Source: Pseudonocardiaceae bacterium
GTDB lineage: Bacteria; Actinomycetota; Actinomycetes; Mycobacteriales; Pseudonocardiaceae
NCBI GenBank assembly: GCA_009379815.1
Contig: WHSY01000002.1
Span: forward strand, 22,074 to 86,073
Direction: 5' to 3'
Length of the DNA stretch: 64,000 bases
The position numbers and the translations under genes were made by a program. How positions within the stretch are numbered: the first letter of the stretch is position 1; each line of letters opens with the position of its first letter. Under the pieces are notes generated by a model, which worked only from the letters and a program-made list of their open reading frames with translations, was not told where the DNA came from and ran no database searches. Below, piece by piece: positions 54,937 to 64,000 of the stretch.

Positions 54937-56535
54937 GTGACCGCCGAGGACCCGCGGCTCACCGCCCGCAGCCTGGCCCTGCTGGTGAGCTCCGGGGTGC
55001 TCGCGCCGATGCGACCGGACCGGCTGGTGGGCTCGGTGGCCGCGCTTGCCCGCTACCGGCTCACCGTGGCCACCGGCTACGCGGCGGGAGCGGCCCGCCA
55101 CCCGGACCGTCCGGCCGTCATCGACGAGCGGGGGACGCTGACCTACCGGCAGGTCCACGAGCGTTCCGACCGGCTGGCCCGCGCGCTGGCCGATCGCGGA
55201 ATCGGGGCCTGCAGCCGGGTGGCGCTGCTGTGCCGCAACCACCGTGGCCCCGTCGAGACGATGGCCGCGTGCGCCAAGCTCGGCGCCGACGTGGTGCTGC
55301 TCAACACCGGCCTGTCGGCCGAGCAGCTGCATGCGGTGCTCGGCGAGCAGCGCGCCGACCTGGTGGTGGTCGACGAGGAGTTCGCCCCGGCGCTGGAGGC
55401 CGGCTATCCGACGGTGCTCGGCTGGACCGACGGCCACGGCAACGCGGCGGACCTGGAGGGCCTGATCGACGCGGGCGGCGGCGTGGCGCTGCCGGTTCGC
55501 CCGACGCTCGGCCGGCTCATCGTGCTCACCTCGGGCACCACGGGGACGCCCAAGGGCGCGCGGCGCCCCAGCCCCAAGGGGCTCGGCCCTGCCGGGGCGA
55601 TCCTGTCCCGGATCCCGCTGCGCGCGGGCGAGCCGGTGCTGCTGGCTGCGCCGCTGTTCCACGCCTGGGGTTTCGCCGGCTTCCAGCTCGCGTTCCTGCT
55701 CGGGGCGCCGCTGGTGCTGCACCGGCGGTTCGACCCGGGCCAGGCGCTACGTGCCGTCGGCGATCACCGGGTGGCGACGATCATGGCTGTGCCCGTGATG
55801 CTGCAGCGGATCCTCGAGCTCCCCGACGCGGAACTCGACGCCGCTGCGACGAGCACGCTGCGTGTGGTCGCGGTGAGCGGCTCGGCGCTGTCGGCCCAGC
55901 TCGCCGGGCGCTTCACCGACCGGTTCGGGCCGGTGCTCTACAACCTCTACGGCTCCACCGAGGTCTCGTGGGCGAGCATCGCCACACCGCTGGACATGCG
56001 CACCGCACCGGGGACGGTCGGCCGTCCCCCGCTCGGCACGACGCTGCGGATCATGGGCGAGGACGGTCGGCCGGTCCCCGACGGCGAGATCGGCCGGATC
56101 TTCGTCGGCAACGACATGCTCTTCGAGGGCTACACCCGCTCGGGCACCGGCACCGACGTCGTGAACGGGTTGATGGGCACCGGCGACCTCGGGATGGTCG
56201 ACGCCCACGGGCTGCTGCACGTCACGGGACGCAGCGACGACATGATCGTCTCCGGTGGGGAGAACGTGCACCCGGGCCAGGTCGAGGAGCTGGCCTCGCA
56301 GTGGCCGGAGGTGCGCGAGGCGGCGGTGACCGGCGTCGACGACCCGGATTTCGGGCAACGGCTGGCGGCCTACCTGGTGCTGGCACCCGGTGGCGACCTC
56401 GACGCCGACACGGTGCGCGACCGGGTGCGTTCCCGGCTCGCCCGCTTCGCGGTCCCCCGCGACGTGCACTTCGTCGACGAGCTGCCCCGCAACGCCACCG
56501 GCAAGGTCGACAACCTGCGGCTCCGCCGCCCGTGA
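54937..56535 (+). CDS. AMP-dependent acyl-CoA synthetase/ligase (FadD-like)
   Basis: ORF 54937..56535. LTSGTTGTPKGA and GDLGMVDAHGLLHVTGRSDDMIVSGGENV motifs. Confidence 0.85.
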   Translation: MTAEDPRLTARSLALLVSSGVLAPMRPDRLVGSVAALARYRLTVATGYAAGAARHPDRPAVIDERGTLTYRQVHERSDRLARALADRGIGACSRVALLCRNHRGPVETMAACAKLGADVVLLNTGLSAEQLHAVLGEQRADLVVVDEEFAPALEAGYPTVLGWTDGHGNAADLEGLIDAGGGVALPVRPTLGRLIVLTSGTTGTPKGARRPSPKGLGPAGAILSRIPLRAGEPVLLAAPLFHAWGFAGFQLAFLLGAPLVLHRRFDPGQALRAVGDHRVATIMAVPVMLQRILELPDAELDAAATSTLRVVAVSGSALSAQLAGRFTDRFGPVLYNLYGSTEVSWASIATPLDMRTAPGTVGRPPLGTTLRIMGEDGRPVPDGEIGRIFVGNDMLFEGYTRSGTGTDVVNGLMGTGDLGMVDAHGLLHVTGRSDDMIVSGGENVHPGQVEELASQWPEVREAAVTGVDDPDFGQRLAAYLVLAPGGDLDADTVRDRVRSRLARFAVPRDVHFVDELPRNATGKVDNLRLRRP

Positions 56536-56583
56536 GTGGCGATGCGAGCTATAGCTCGTCTATAGCTCGCATCGCCACTCACG
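56531..56583. repeat. Hairpin with 24-bp perfect arms (loop CTCGT) of the CGTGAGTGGCGATRCGAG family
   Basis: CGTGAGTGGCGATGCGAGCTATAG-CTCGT-CTATAGCTCGCATCGCCACTCACG read directly. The TGA inside the left arm (56533-56535) is the stop codon of the acyl-CoA synthetase. Confidence 0.85.
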
Positions 56584-56605
56584 ACCTGTCCACAGCTGGG
56601 CTACG

Positions 56606-57754
56606 GTGCGCGTGATGCATGTCGCGGAGCTGTTCGCCCCGCCTGCCGAGGTCGCGGCGCACCCCGCCGTCACGGCGGCCCGGCGGCTGTGCGACGAGCT
56701 GCTCGAACCACACGCGGCGGCCGCCGACGATCCGGCACGCGGGGTGCGGCGCGAGCACCTCGACGCGCTGGCCGACGCCGGTCTGTTCTCGATGACGGTG
56801 CCCACCGACGAGGGTGGGCTCGGCGCATCGGCCGCGGTGGACCGCGAGGTCATCGAGCTGCTCGCCGGCGCATGCGGCGCGACCTGGTTCGTGCTCACCC
56901 AGCACGAGACACCACAGAACCTGGTCCGTGGGCGGCTGCCGCCAGACCCGGACGCCGCGACCGCCGGTCCCGCCGCCACGCGGCATCACCAGGCATTGTG
57001 CGACGGCAGCGCGCTGGCCGGGATCGCGCTGGCCCACCTGCGCCGCCCCGGCCCACCCGCGGTGACCGCCGAGCCCGACGGCCGTGGCGGCTACCTGATC
57101 TCCGGCCGGTCCGACTGGTGCACCGGCTGGGGCCTGGTCGACGTGCTGCTGCTCGCCGCCACCGGCCCGGACGGCGAGGTGGTGTTCGGGCTGATCGAGG
57201 CCACCGAGCGAGCCGGGCTGCGGCCCGGTGCACCGCTGCCGCTGGCGGTGATGGGCGGCACCGCCACCGTCGCGCTGGAGTTCGACCGGTGCCGGTTGGG
57301 CGCCGACGAGGTCGCGCTCACCATGCACGCACGTGCGTGGCCGGAGCTCGAGGCGGTCCGGAGCGCGAACACCAGGCCTGCCTCGCTCGGGCTGCTGCGC
57401 CGGATGCTCGTCGAACTGGAACGGCTCGGCCACGAGCACGACCGGCCGGAGGGTGTCGAAGCGGCACTCGAACTCGTGCGGGTCGCCGTCCCGCTGCGGG
57501 CCGAGGCCTACGCGCTGCTCGACACCCCGGCGCGGGTGCACATCGCGCGGCGCACCCAGCTGCGGGGAACGCTCGCCGAGCTGACCGTGCGCGCCGCCGC
57601 CGCGCTGGTCGCCACCCGGTCCGGGTCGGCCATGCTGTCGACCAGTCCGGAGCAGCGCTGGGCACGGGAGGCGGCGTTTCACCTGGTGCAGGCCCAGAAC
57701 CCGGCGGTGCGCACCGCCCAGCTCGGCGCGCTCGCGCGGGGCAAGGAGGTGTGA
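56606..57754 (+). CDS. Acyl-CoA dehydrogenase-family protein
   Basis: ORF 56606..57754. HLDALADAGLFSMTVPTDEGGLG and the ACAD-like domain order; the catalytic base was not identified by eye. Confidence 0.7.
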   Translation: MRVMHVAELFAPPAEVAAHPAVTAARRLCDELLEPHAAAADDPARGVRREHLDALADAGLFSMTVPTDEGGLGASAAVDREVIELLAGACGATWFVLTQHETPQNLVRGRLPPDPDAATAGPAATRHHQALCDGSALAGIALAHLRRPGPPAVTAEPDGRGGYLISGRSDWCTGWGLVDVLLLAATGPDGEVVFGLIEATERAGLRPGAPLPLAVMGGTATVALEFDRCRLGADEVALTMHARAWPELEAVRSANTRPASLGLLRRMLVELERLGHEHDRPEGVEAALELVRVAVPLRAEAYALLDTPARVHIARRTQLRGTLAELTVRAAAALVATRSGSAMLSTSPEQRWAREAAFHLVQAQNPAVRTAQLGALARGKEV

Positions 57755-58414
57755 GTGAGCTACCCCGGCGGCGACCTGCGCGACCAGCTCGCCCACGTCG
57801 GTGCCGAGGCCGTGCGGACCGGGCTGGTCATCGGGTCCGGCGGTAACCTCTCCGCCCGCGAGCCCGGCCAGGACGCCTGCTGGGTCACCTCGTCCGGCAG
57901 CTGGCTCGACCGGCTCGACCGGGGCGAGTTCTCGTTGCTGGCGATCCCCGGCGGCGAGGTGCGAGACGGGCGGCCGACGCCGTCGTCGGAGTGGCGGCTG
58001 CACACCGAGACCTACGCGCGGCGCCCCGACGTCAACGCGGTCATCCACCTGCACCCGCAGACCAGCGTGCTGCTGTCCGCGCTGGGCCACGACGTCGCAC
58101 TGCTGACCACCGACCACGCCTACTACCTGCGCGAGGTCGCCACGGTCGGCTTCGACCAGCCCGGCACCGCCGACCTCGCGGTCACGGCAGCCGAGGCGGT
58201 CGCAGGCGGGGTCAACGCGCTCGTGCTGGGACACCACGGCTGCTCGGTGCTCGCCGACACGGTCGAGCTCGCACACAAGCGGGCGTTCAACCTCGAGGAG
58301 GCGGCGCGCGCGACGTACTCGGCGCTGCTGCTGACCGGCGACGACGGGTCCCGCATCCCGCGCGTGCCGCAGCGCTTCCTCGACGCGGTGCGCACGGGTG
58401 AGGCCTCGGCGTGA
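57755..58414 (+). CDS. Class II aldolase/adducin-family protein
   Basis: ORF 57755..58414; GTG lies directly after the ACAD stop. GSGGNLSAR, SSEWRLHTETY, VIHLHPQ motifs. Confidence 0.8.
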   Translation: MSYPGGDLRDQLAHVGAEAVRTGLVIGSGGNLSAREPGQDACWVTSSGSWLDRLDRGEFSLLAIPGGEVRDGRPTPSSEWRLHTETYARRPDVNAVIHLHPQTSVLLSALGHDVALLTTDHAYYLREVATVGFDQPGTADLAVTAAEAVAGGVNALVLGHHGCSVLADTVELAHKRAFNLEEAARATYSALLLTGDDGSRIPRVPQRFLDAVRTGEASA

Positions 58415-58460
58415 GGTCCTCCCGGCACTGAGCACTGAGCGGATACGGCATGGTGGTGGG

Positions 58461-58961
58461 GTGCAGAGATCGGAACCGCTGCGGCTGCGACCGCCCCGCC
58501 ACCAGGTCAGCGACCGTGCGATCCCCTGGTGGACGCTGCAGGCGGTGGCGTCCGTGCTCACCGTGCTGGTTCCCCTGGGCATCGCGCTGGCCATGTGGGA
58601 CAGCGTCCGGGCGTGGCTGGGGTGGAGCTGCGTTGCCGTGCTGCTGCTCGGTACGGTCTACGTCGTCGTGATGCCGCGGTGGCGGTTCCGGGTGCATCGG
58701 TGGGAGGTCACCGACGAGGCGGTCTACACCTCGGCCGGATGGCTGAGCCAGGAGTGGCGGGTGGCGCCGCTGTCGCGCATCCAGACGATCGACACCGAGC
58801 GCGGACCGTTGCAGCAGCTCTTCGGCCTGTCCACGGTCACCGTCACCACCGCCTCGGCGGCGGGAGCCCTGCAGGTGACCGGTCTCGACCGCCGGCTGGC
58901 ACGAGACCTCGTCGAGCAGCTCACCGCCACCACGCAGGCCACGCCGGGGGACGCCACGTGA
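58461..58961 (+). CDS. Membrane PH-domain protein (YdbS-like, bPH_2)
   Basis: GTG 58461 in frame with track ORF 58398..58961. Two TM helices, then RWRFRVHRWEVTDEAVYTSAGWLSQEWRVAPLSRIQTIDTERGPLQQLFGLSTVTV. Confidence 0.7.
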   Translation: MQRSEPLRLRPPRHQVSDRAIPWWTLQAVASVLTVLVPLGIALAMWDSVRAWLGWSCVAVLLLGTVYVVVMPRWRFRVHRWEVTDEAVYTSAGWLSQEWRVAPLSRIQTIDTERGPLQQLFGLSTVTVTTASAAGALQVTGLDRRLARDLVEQLTATTQATPGDAT

Positions 58962-60502
58962 CCGACGCCGCGCCTGCCCGGGGCTGGCACCGGCTCGACC
59001 CACGGATGCTCGCGGTGACCCCGCTGCGCCAGCTCACCGGGTTCCTGCCGGTCATCGTGATCTTCCTGATCGCGGGCGGCACCCGCCTCGACGGCCGGTT
59101 CTACGGCGTGCTCGCCGCCGTGGTGGCGGTGGTGATCGCCGGGATCGCCCGGTGGTTCACGACCCGTTACCGGGTCACCGAGGAGCGAGTCGAGCTGCGG
59201 TCGGGCCTGCTGTTCCGCCGCAGGCGTTCGGTACCCCGCGACCGCATCCGCACCGTCGACCTCACCGCGGGCCCGGTGCACCGGATCTTCGGCCTGTCGG
59301 TCGTCAACGTCGGCACGGGCCAGCGCACCGAGGGCACCGAGGCCGGCGAGCTGTCGCTGGACGCGGTGGCGGCCGCCGAGGCCGACCGGCTGCGACAGCG
59401 GCTGCTCGAACGCGCCACCGACATCCCGCAGCCCGACGCCGACACCCCGCCCGATCAGGAGATCGCGCGGCTGGACTGGTCGTGGCTGCGCTTCGCTCCG
59501 CTGACCGTGTCCAGCCTGGTGGCGGTCGGTGCCGTCGCCGGTGCCGGTAGCCAACTGGCAGGCGATCTCGGTGTCGACCCGTCCGACATCGGCGAGCTCA
59601 ACGGTGCCCGCCAGCAGCTCGAGACCGCGCCGCTGTGGCTCGGCGTGGCCCTGTTCGCGTTGCTCGTGCTGCTGGTCGGACTGCTCGGCTCGGTGCTGCT
59701 CTTCATCGAGGCCTGGTGGGGCTACCGGCTGGCCCGGGAACCCGGCGGGACGCTGCGGGTACGCCGCGGGGCACTGACGACGCGCTCGATCTCGCTGGAG
59801 GAGCGGCGGCTGCGCGGTGTCGAGGTCGCCGAGCCGCTGCTGCTGCGGGCGGGCGGCGGTGCCCGCCTCACCGCGGTCGCGACCGGTCTCGGCGGCGCCA
59901 AAGCCGAGGGTCGCGGCACCCTGCTACCGCCGGCGCCGGTGGCCGAGGCGCACCGGGTGTCCGCCGCCGTTCTCGCCGAGCAACCCGCGCCCACCACCAT
60001 CGCGCTGCGCCGGCACCCACCCGCCGCGCGACGCCGCAGGCTGCTGCGCGCCGTGGTACCCGTCGCCGTCCTGGTCGCACTGCTGTGGCTGCTCCCGGTG
60101 CCGGGCTGGTTGCCCTGGACAGCCGCCACACTGCTTCCGGTGGCGGTGCTGCTCGCGCTCGACGCCTACCGCAACCTCGGGCACGCCCTGGCCGGCCGCT
60201 ATCTGGTGACCCGGCACGGCGCCGCGGTGCGCAGCACGGCCGCGTTGCAGCGCAGCGGGGTGATCGGCTGGACGGTGTCGCAGTCGATCTTCCAGCGACG
60301 CTCGGAGCTGGTGACGCTGGCGGCGACCACCGCGGCGGGCAGCGGCGCGTACGCCGTCTACGACGTCGGCACCGCGGACGGGCTGGCGCTGGGCGAGCAG
60401 GTCGTCCCCGGGCTGCTCGCGCCGTTCCTCACCACGGCGGCGGCAGGCGACGAGGCCCCCGACCAGGAGGTTCTGCCAGGTCACCGACCGTTTACCAAGT
60501 AG
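58958..60502 (+). CDS. Membrane protein with repeated PH domains (YdbT-like)
   Basis: GTG 58958 overlaps the upstream stop (GTGA), in frame with track ORF 58529..60502. Repeated units of the type [44 protein letters not shown]. Confidence 0.7.
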   Translation: MTDAAPARGWHRLDPRMLAVTPLRQLTGFLPVIVIFLIAGGTRLDGRFYGVLAAVVAVVIAGIARWFTTRYRVTEERVELRSGLLFRRRRSVPRDRIRTVDLTAGPVHRIFGLSVVNVGTGQRTEGTEAGELSLDAVAAAEADRLRQRLLERATDIPQPDADTPPDQEIARLDWSWLRFAPLTVSSLVAVGAVAGAGSQLAGDLGVDPSDIGELNGARQQLETAPLWLGVALFALLVLLVGLLGSVLLFIEAWWGYRLAREPGGTLRVRRGALTTRSISLEERRLRGVEVAEPLLLRAGGGARLTAVATGLGGAKAEGRGTLLPPAPVAEAHRVSAAVLAEQPAPTTIALRRHPPAARRRRLLRAVVPVAVLVALLWLLPVPGWLPWTAATLLPVAVLLALDAYRNLGHALAGRYLVTRHGAAVRSTAALQRSGVIGWTVSQSIFQRRSELVTLAATTAAGSGAYAVYDVGTADGLALGEQVVPGLLAPFLTTAAAGDEAPDQEVLPGHRPFTK

Positions 60503-60512
60503 GCTCTGCGGG

Positions 60513-61130
60513 GTGAACGACCGACTGGTGTGGATCGACTGCGAGATGACCGGGCTGGATCTCGGCAAGGATGCGCTCATCGAGATCGCGGCGCTGGTCA
60601 CCGACGGCGATCTGCGGGTGCTCGGCGAGGGGGTCGACGTGGTCATCCACACCGACGACGGCGTGCTCGACTCGATGCCCGACGTGGTGCGCGAGATGCA
60701 CGAGGCGTCGGGCCTGACGGAGGCGTCGCGGCGCTCGACGGTGACCGTGGCCAACGCCGAGCAGCAGGTGCTGGACTACGTACGGCAGTTCGTTCCGGAC
60801 GCACGCTCGGCGCCGCTGGCGGGCAACTCGGTGGCGACCGACCGCAACTTCATCGCCCGTGACATGCCGTCACTGGATGCCCACCTGCACTACCGGATGG
60901 TGGACGTCTCCTCCATCAAGGAGCTGTGCCGCCGCTGGTACCCGAGGATCTACTACGCCCAGCCCGAGAAGGGCCTGTCGCACCGCGCGCTGGCCGACAT
61001 CACCGAGTCGATCCACGAGCTGACCTACTACCGGCGCACCGCGTTCGTGGCGGCGCCGGGTCCGACCAGCGAGCAGGCCCAGGCTGTGGCGCGGCAGATC
61101 GTCGAGGGCCAACCGGGCGGCGGGCGGTGA
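60513..61130 (+). CDS. orn: Oligoribonuclease
   Basis: ORF 60513..61130. DEDDh exonuclease motifs [38 protein letters not shown]. Confidence 0.9.
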   Translation: MNDRLVWIDCEMTGLDLGKDALIEIAALVTDGDLRVLGEGVDVVIHTDDGVLDSMPDVVREMHEASGLTEASRRSTVTVANAEQQVLDYVRQFVPDARSAPLAGNSVATDRNFIARDMPSLDAHLHYRMVDVSSIKELCRRWYPRIYYAQPEKGLSHRALADITESIHELTYYRRTAFVAAPGPTSEQAQAVARQIVEGQPGGGR

Positions 61131-61179
61131 GGCGCACCCGCTAGACTCAGGCAGGCGCCGGTCACGTGCCGGCGTGCAT

Positions 61180-61253
61180 GGTGGGTGTAGCTCAGTAGGT
61201 AGAGCACCTGGTTGTGGTCCAGGAAGTCGCGGGTTCAAGTCCCGTCACTCACC
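61180..61253 (+). tRNA. tRNA-His: tRNA-His (anticodon GTG)
   Basis: Cloverleaf read by hand. G-1 plus acceptor GTGGGTG pairs with CACTCAC+C. D arm GCTCAGTAGGTAGAGC. Anticodon stem CCTGG/CCAGG with loop TTGTGGT. T arm GCGGGTTCAAGTCCCGT. CCA is not encoded. Confidence 0.9.
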
Positions 61254-61271
61254 CCGAAGGCGGGTGCCCGC

Positions 61272-62123
61272 TCACGGGATCATGCCCTCCCGGCGCGCCG
61301 CTGCCACCGCCTCCACCCGGTTGCGAACACCGAGCTTGCGGGTGGCCGACTGCAGGTAGGACTTCACGGTGGAGGCGACCAGTCCGAGGCGTTCCCCGGC
61401 CTCGCGGTTGCTGCAGCCGATCGCGACCTGGGCCAGGACCTCGATCTCGCGCGGCGACAGAGCCGGTCGGGCGGTGCCACCGCCCGGGGCCGCCGGCCGA
61501 TCACGCAGCGAGGCCGCGACCCGGCGCATGAGCTCCTCGACGAGCTCCTTGGTAGGAGCTTCGGACGCCTGGTTCCGGATGAACACGAGCTCGGCGTAGA
61601 TGTCGCGAAACCGTTGATCGGCACCGCGCGCGCTCGCGCTGCCGGGCGCCGTGTCGCCCAGTTCCTCGATCCGCCGGACGACCTCGGCGTTGACAGCCGA
61701 CTCGTACTCGAGCCTGCGCACGACAGCGACCGCCTTGTCGATCACACGATCACCGAGCACAGCCGGGCGCCGCAGGCCGCCGTACACCACACCGCGGGAA
61801 CCCCCGGGTGCCTGCACCGGCACGGCGAACACCGCGCGGAGCCCTTCCTGCCGGACCGCGACGTCGTAGTGATGGGTGATCCCGCGAGCGGCGAAGTAGT
61901 CCCGGACATGGACCGGTTTGCCCATGGCGAGAGCCTTGCCACCGAGCCCGAACCCGGTGGTGAGCTGCAGGTTGCGCAGGCCGTCGGACCGGTTTCCGAT
62001 CAGCTCGTCGAGAACTACCGGCGAGTCCGCTCCCGCGGTCATGCCGCCGAAGGCCATGTCGACCGACGTCGCCGTCCTGATCTCGTGCAGGAACGGCGTC
62101 AGGCTCCACTCATCATGCGTCAT
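61272..62123 (-). CDS. LuxR-family transcriptional regulator with N-terminal sensor (GAF-like) domain
   Basis: ATG 62123, in frame with track ORF 61272..62273. C-terminal HTH LSPREIEVLAQVAIGCSNREAGERLGLVASTVKSYLQSATRKLGVRNRVEAV. Confidence 0.75.
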   Translation of the reverse strand: MTHDEWSLTPFLHEIRTATSVDMAFGGMTAGADSPVVLDELIGNRSDGLRNLQLTTGFGLGGKALAMGKPVHVRDYFAARGITHHYDVAVRQEGLRAVFAVPVQAPGGSRGVVYGGLRRPAVLGDRVIDKAVAVVRRLEYESAVNAEVVRRIEELGDTAPGSASARGADQRFRDIYAELVFIRNQASEAPTKELVEELMRRVAASLRDRPAAPGGGTARPALSPREIEVLAQVAIGCSNREAGERLGLVASTVKSYLQSATRKLGVRNRVEAVAAARREGMIP

Positions 62124-62970
62124 CGCGTCCACAAGGCCGACCCCCGTCTGTCGAGTGCGTCCTGTGAACGGAACAACGAGCCAAGAGCATCCGTGGGTGC
62201 GCGCGGGTTCACAACGACGGCGATGTTCGGCCGGGTACCTACCGATGGAGGTAGCTCCCCCGGGCTTCATCACTCAGCTAGGCGTATTCCGAATCTGTAA
62301 ACAGACATGAGTCTTTCGACATAAAGAATGACGCTCGTTCGAGTGATGCCCTGGACCGGTGCCCGTGCTCGTGACAGGCACGCCGTAGCCCCGCACGAGG
62401 CGGTGAGCAGCAGAAATGCCAGCGCACAACCCGCTCGGCACGTTGTGCAATCGCCCACGGGCTGTGACGGGATCGCCTGACGGTACGCCGCGCTTACCCC
62501 GATCGCGACCGCCGGGTGCTGCACAGCTCGTAGGACGACCGACATTTTCACCCGCAACCCACCGCCCGATCCGTCGTTAGGCTTCGTATCGGCGCTGTGA
62601 CCTGCACTTCCTCGCCTACCGCATGACCCACACCGTCCACCGGCACCGCGCCGTGCCTGGCCCCTCGCTCATCGACGGGCGCCCCGCGAGCACTCGTGGA
62701 GCCGTAGACCCCGTGGAAGGAAACCGTGATGGCCGCACCAGTGCAGTCGCCCACTTCCTTGACGCACCGTCGGACGGGCCAGGAAGGTTCGCTCACTCTG
62801 CATACCCGTCCCATCGCTTGCCGTACCTGACCTGGGTAGCGGCTAGTCAGGTACATCAGAGTCCGCCACCGACCACGCTGACACCGACTTCCCCGACTAC
62901 ACGCCGCATCCCATCGACCACCACCCGTACCTGAGGTCGTACCGACCCGGGCCCGTAGAAAGGACAGGGC

Positions 62971-64000
62971 ATGGAATCGGATCGCTCGACGGGCGAAACC
63001 ACCCCCGGCCCGGCGGCGAAGGCCGCCAAGCACGCGGCGGCAGTGGGCCAGCACGTCACCGGCCGGCGCCGCTTCCTGGGTTACCTGCTGGCCGCGCCCA
63101 CCGTGGTAGCGGCCGCCCAGCTCGGCGGGTCCGTTCTCGACCCGCGCCAGGCTCACGCAGCACCGGTGCCGTCGAACCCGCAGACCGCCGACAACTACGA
63201 CCTCAGCGACGCGTTGAGCGACGCGGCGTTGCCCACGTCCAACCTGATCTCGGTCCAGATCCACCCCGATGGCACCGCCTCGCACAACATGGTCCGCACC
63301 GAGGTTGGCCAGGGCGTCCAGACCGCGATCGCGATGCTGATCGCCGAGGAGCTGGACCTTCCGATCGAGAAGGTCAACGTCGGGCATGCCCCCGCCCGCC
63401 CGGAGCTGGTGTGGAATCAGCTCACCGGCGGATCGAACAGCCTCCGATCGCAGTACTATCCGGTGCGGGTGGCCGCGGCGATCGCCAAGGGAGCGCTGAT
63501 GCAGGCCGCGGCCCACGAGCTGGACTTCGCGATGTCGGAACTGACCGGCCAGGGCGGGAAGATTCTCGCCCCGACCGGGGTGAGCCTGTCCTACGGGGAG
63601 CTGGCCGCGAAGGCCGCCAGCACGACCACCAAGGAGGTGTCGGTTCAGCTCAAGCCGGAGTCCGAGTTCAAGATCATCGGCAAGCCGCAGCGGCGCACCG
63701 ATGCGCCGGACATCGTCACCGGCCGCAAGCAGTTCGTCACGGACTTCGACATGCCGGACGCCCTGCCGACCATGGTGTGCCGGCCGCCGACGATCAACGG
63801 CACCGTCAAGTCGGTCAACAACGCTGGGCAGGTCCAGAACATGCCCGGCGTCACCGACGTGGCGGCGATCACCACCGGGGTGGCGGTGCGCGCCAGGACG
63901 TTCGGTCAGTGCATCGACGCGATCCAGGCGATGGACGTGACCTGGAACCCGGGCCCGGTGGTGGGCACGTCGGACGAGTCGATCGAGCAGGAGCTGAAGG
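62971..64000 (+). CDS. Molybdopterin-dependent hydroxylase large/beta subunit (IorB / aldehyde-oxidase family), TAT-exported; 5' part only
   Basis: Own translation from ATG 62971: MESDRSTGETTPG...TGRRRFLGYLLAAPTVVAAAQ (twin-arginine signal), then VRTEVGQGVQTAIAMLIAEELD and KIIGKPQRRTDAPDIVTGRKQF. The frame is open to the window edge, so it is absent from the ORF track. Confidence 0.8.
   Translation, partial: MESDRSTGETTPGPAAKAAKHAAAVGQHVTGRRRFLGYLLAAPTVVAAAQLGGSVLDPRQAHAAPVPSNPQTADNYDLSDALSDAALPTSNLISVQIHPDGTASHNMVRTEVGQGVQTAIAMLIAEELDLPIEKVNVGHAPARPELVWNQLTGGSNSLRSQYYPVRVAAAIAKGALMQAAAHELDFAMSELTGQGGKILAPTGVSLSYGELAAKAASTTTKEVSVQLKPESEFKIIGKPQRRTDAPDIVTGRKQFVTDFDMPDALPTMVCRPPTINGTVKSVNNAGQVQNMPGVTDVAAITTGVAVRARTFGQCIDAIQAMDVTWNPGPVVGTSDESIEQELK

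Noticed and set aside
62270-62934. ORFs 62270..62557 (-) and 62623..62934 (+) in the LuxR / Mo-enzyme spacer
   Set aside because: They have no Shine-Dalgarno sequence, odd composition (Cys/Thr/Pro-rich) and no recognisable domain. They are treated as non-coding pending a homology search.

Overview
Very GC-rich, gene-dense chromosomal segment that looks actinobacterial; a Pseudonocardiaceae-like origin is only a guess from the protein sequences. All family calls come from reading the translations. No database search was run.

Layout, left to right:
- 1-6.6 kb: phenylacetate catabolism (paaK divergent from paaABCDE) followed by a copper/TPQ amine oxidase.
- 6.9-11.9 kb: argS and a large AfsR/SARP-type regulator.
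- 11.9-36.9 kb: the most unusual region (described below).
- 37-64 kb: OsmC; larC-larB-larE without larA; HIT; csoR-copZ-copper ATPase; an LLM oxidoreductase; a DUF3048 lipoprotein; an M23 peptidase with a long leader; ArsR; a tiny SEWH-repeat ORF; a GGDEF protein; fbiC; a reductase/acyl-CoA synthetase/ACAD/aldolase operon; a YdbS/YdbT-like pair; orn; tRNA-His; a LuxR regulator; and the 5' part of a TAT-exported molybdo-hydroxylase subunit.

The 11.9-36.9 kb region holds the gene families of the poorly understood Nit1C / Sll0783 / MSMEG_0565-0572 nitrogen-starvation cluster: GNAT, radical SAM, GT4 glycosyltransferase, flavoprotein, two small proteins and a PurM-like protein.
- They are spread over four divergent, translationally coupled operons.
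- They are welded to carbamate kinase plus FdrA/DUF1116/DUF2877 (AllFGH-K-like).
- They are also welded to a ComA + two lyases + PLP-enzyme module resembling bacterial coenzyme M biosynthesis.
- A nitrile hydratase (beta, alpha, accessory) sits where the nitrilase normally lies.
- An apparently unrelated 5-kb block (HNH/DUF222 gene, a frameshifted monooxygenase, VOC, FMN reductase, TetR) interrupts the region.

Non-coding signals:
- A family of long perfect palindromes sharing the arm CGTGAGTGGCGATRCGAG.
- A 38-bp unit repeated three times, each copy carrying SD + GTG + a 13-codon mini-ORF, ahead of the acyl-CoA synthetase.
- A 17-bp tandem duplication.
- Several operator-like inverted repeats.

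Many long ORFs in the track are wrong-frame or antisense shadows typical of high-GC DNA and were not called.
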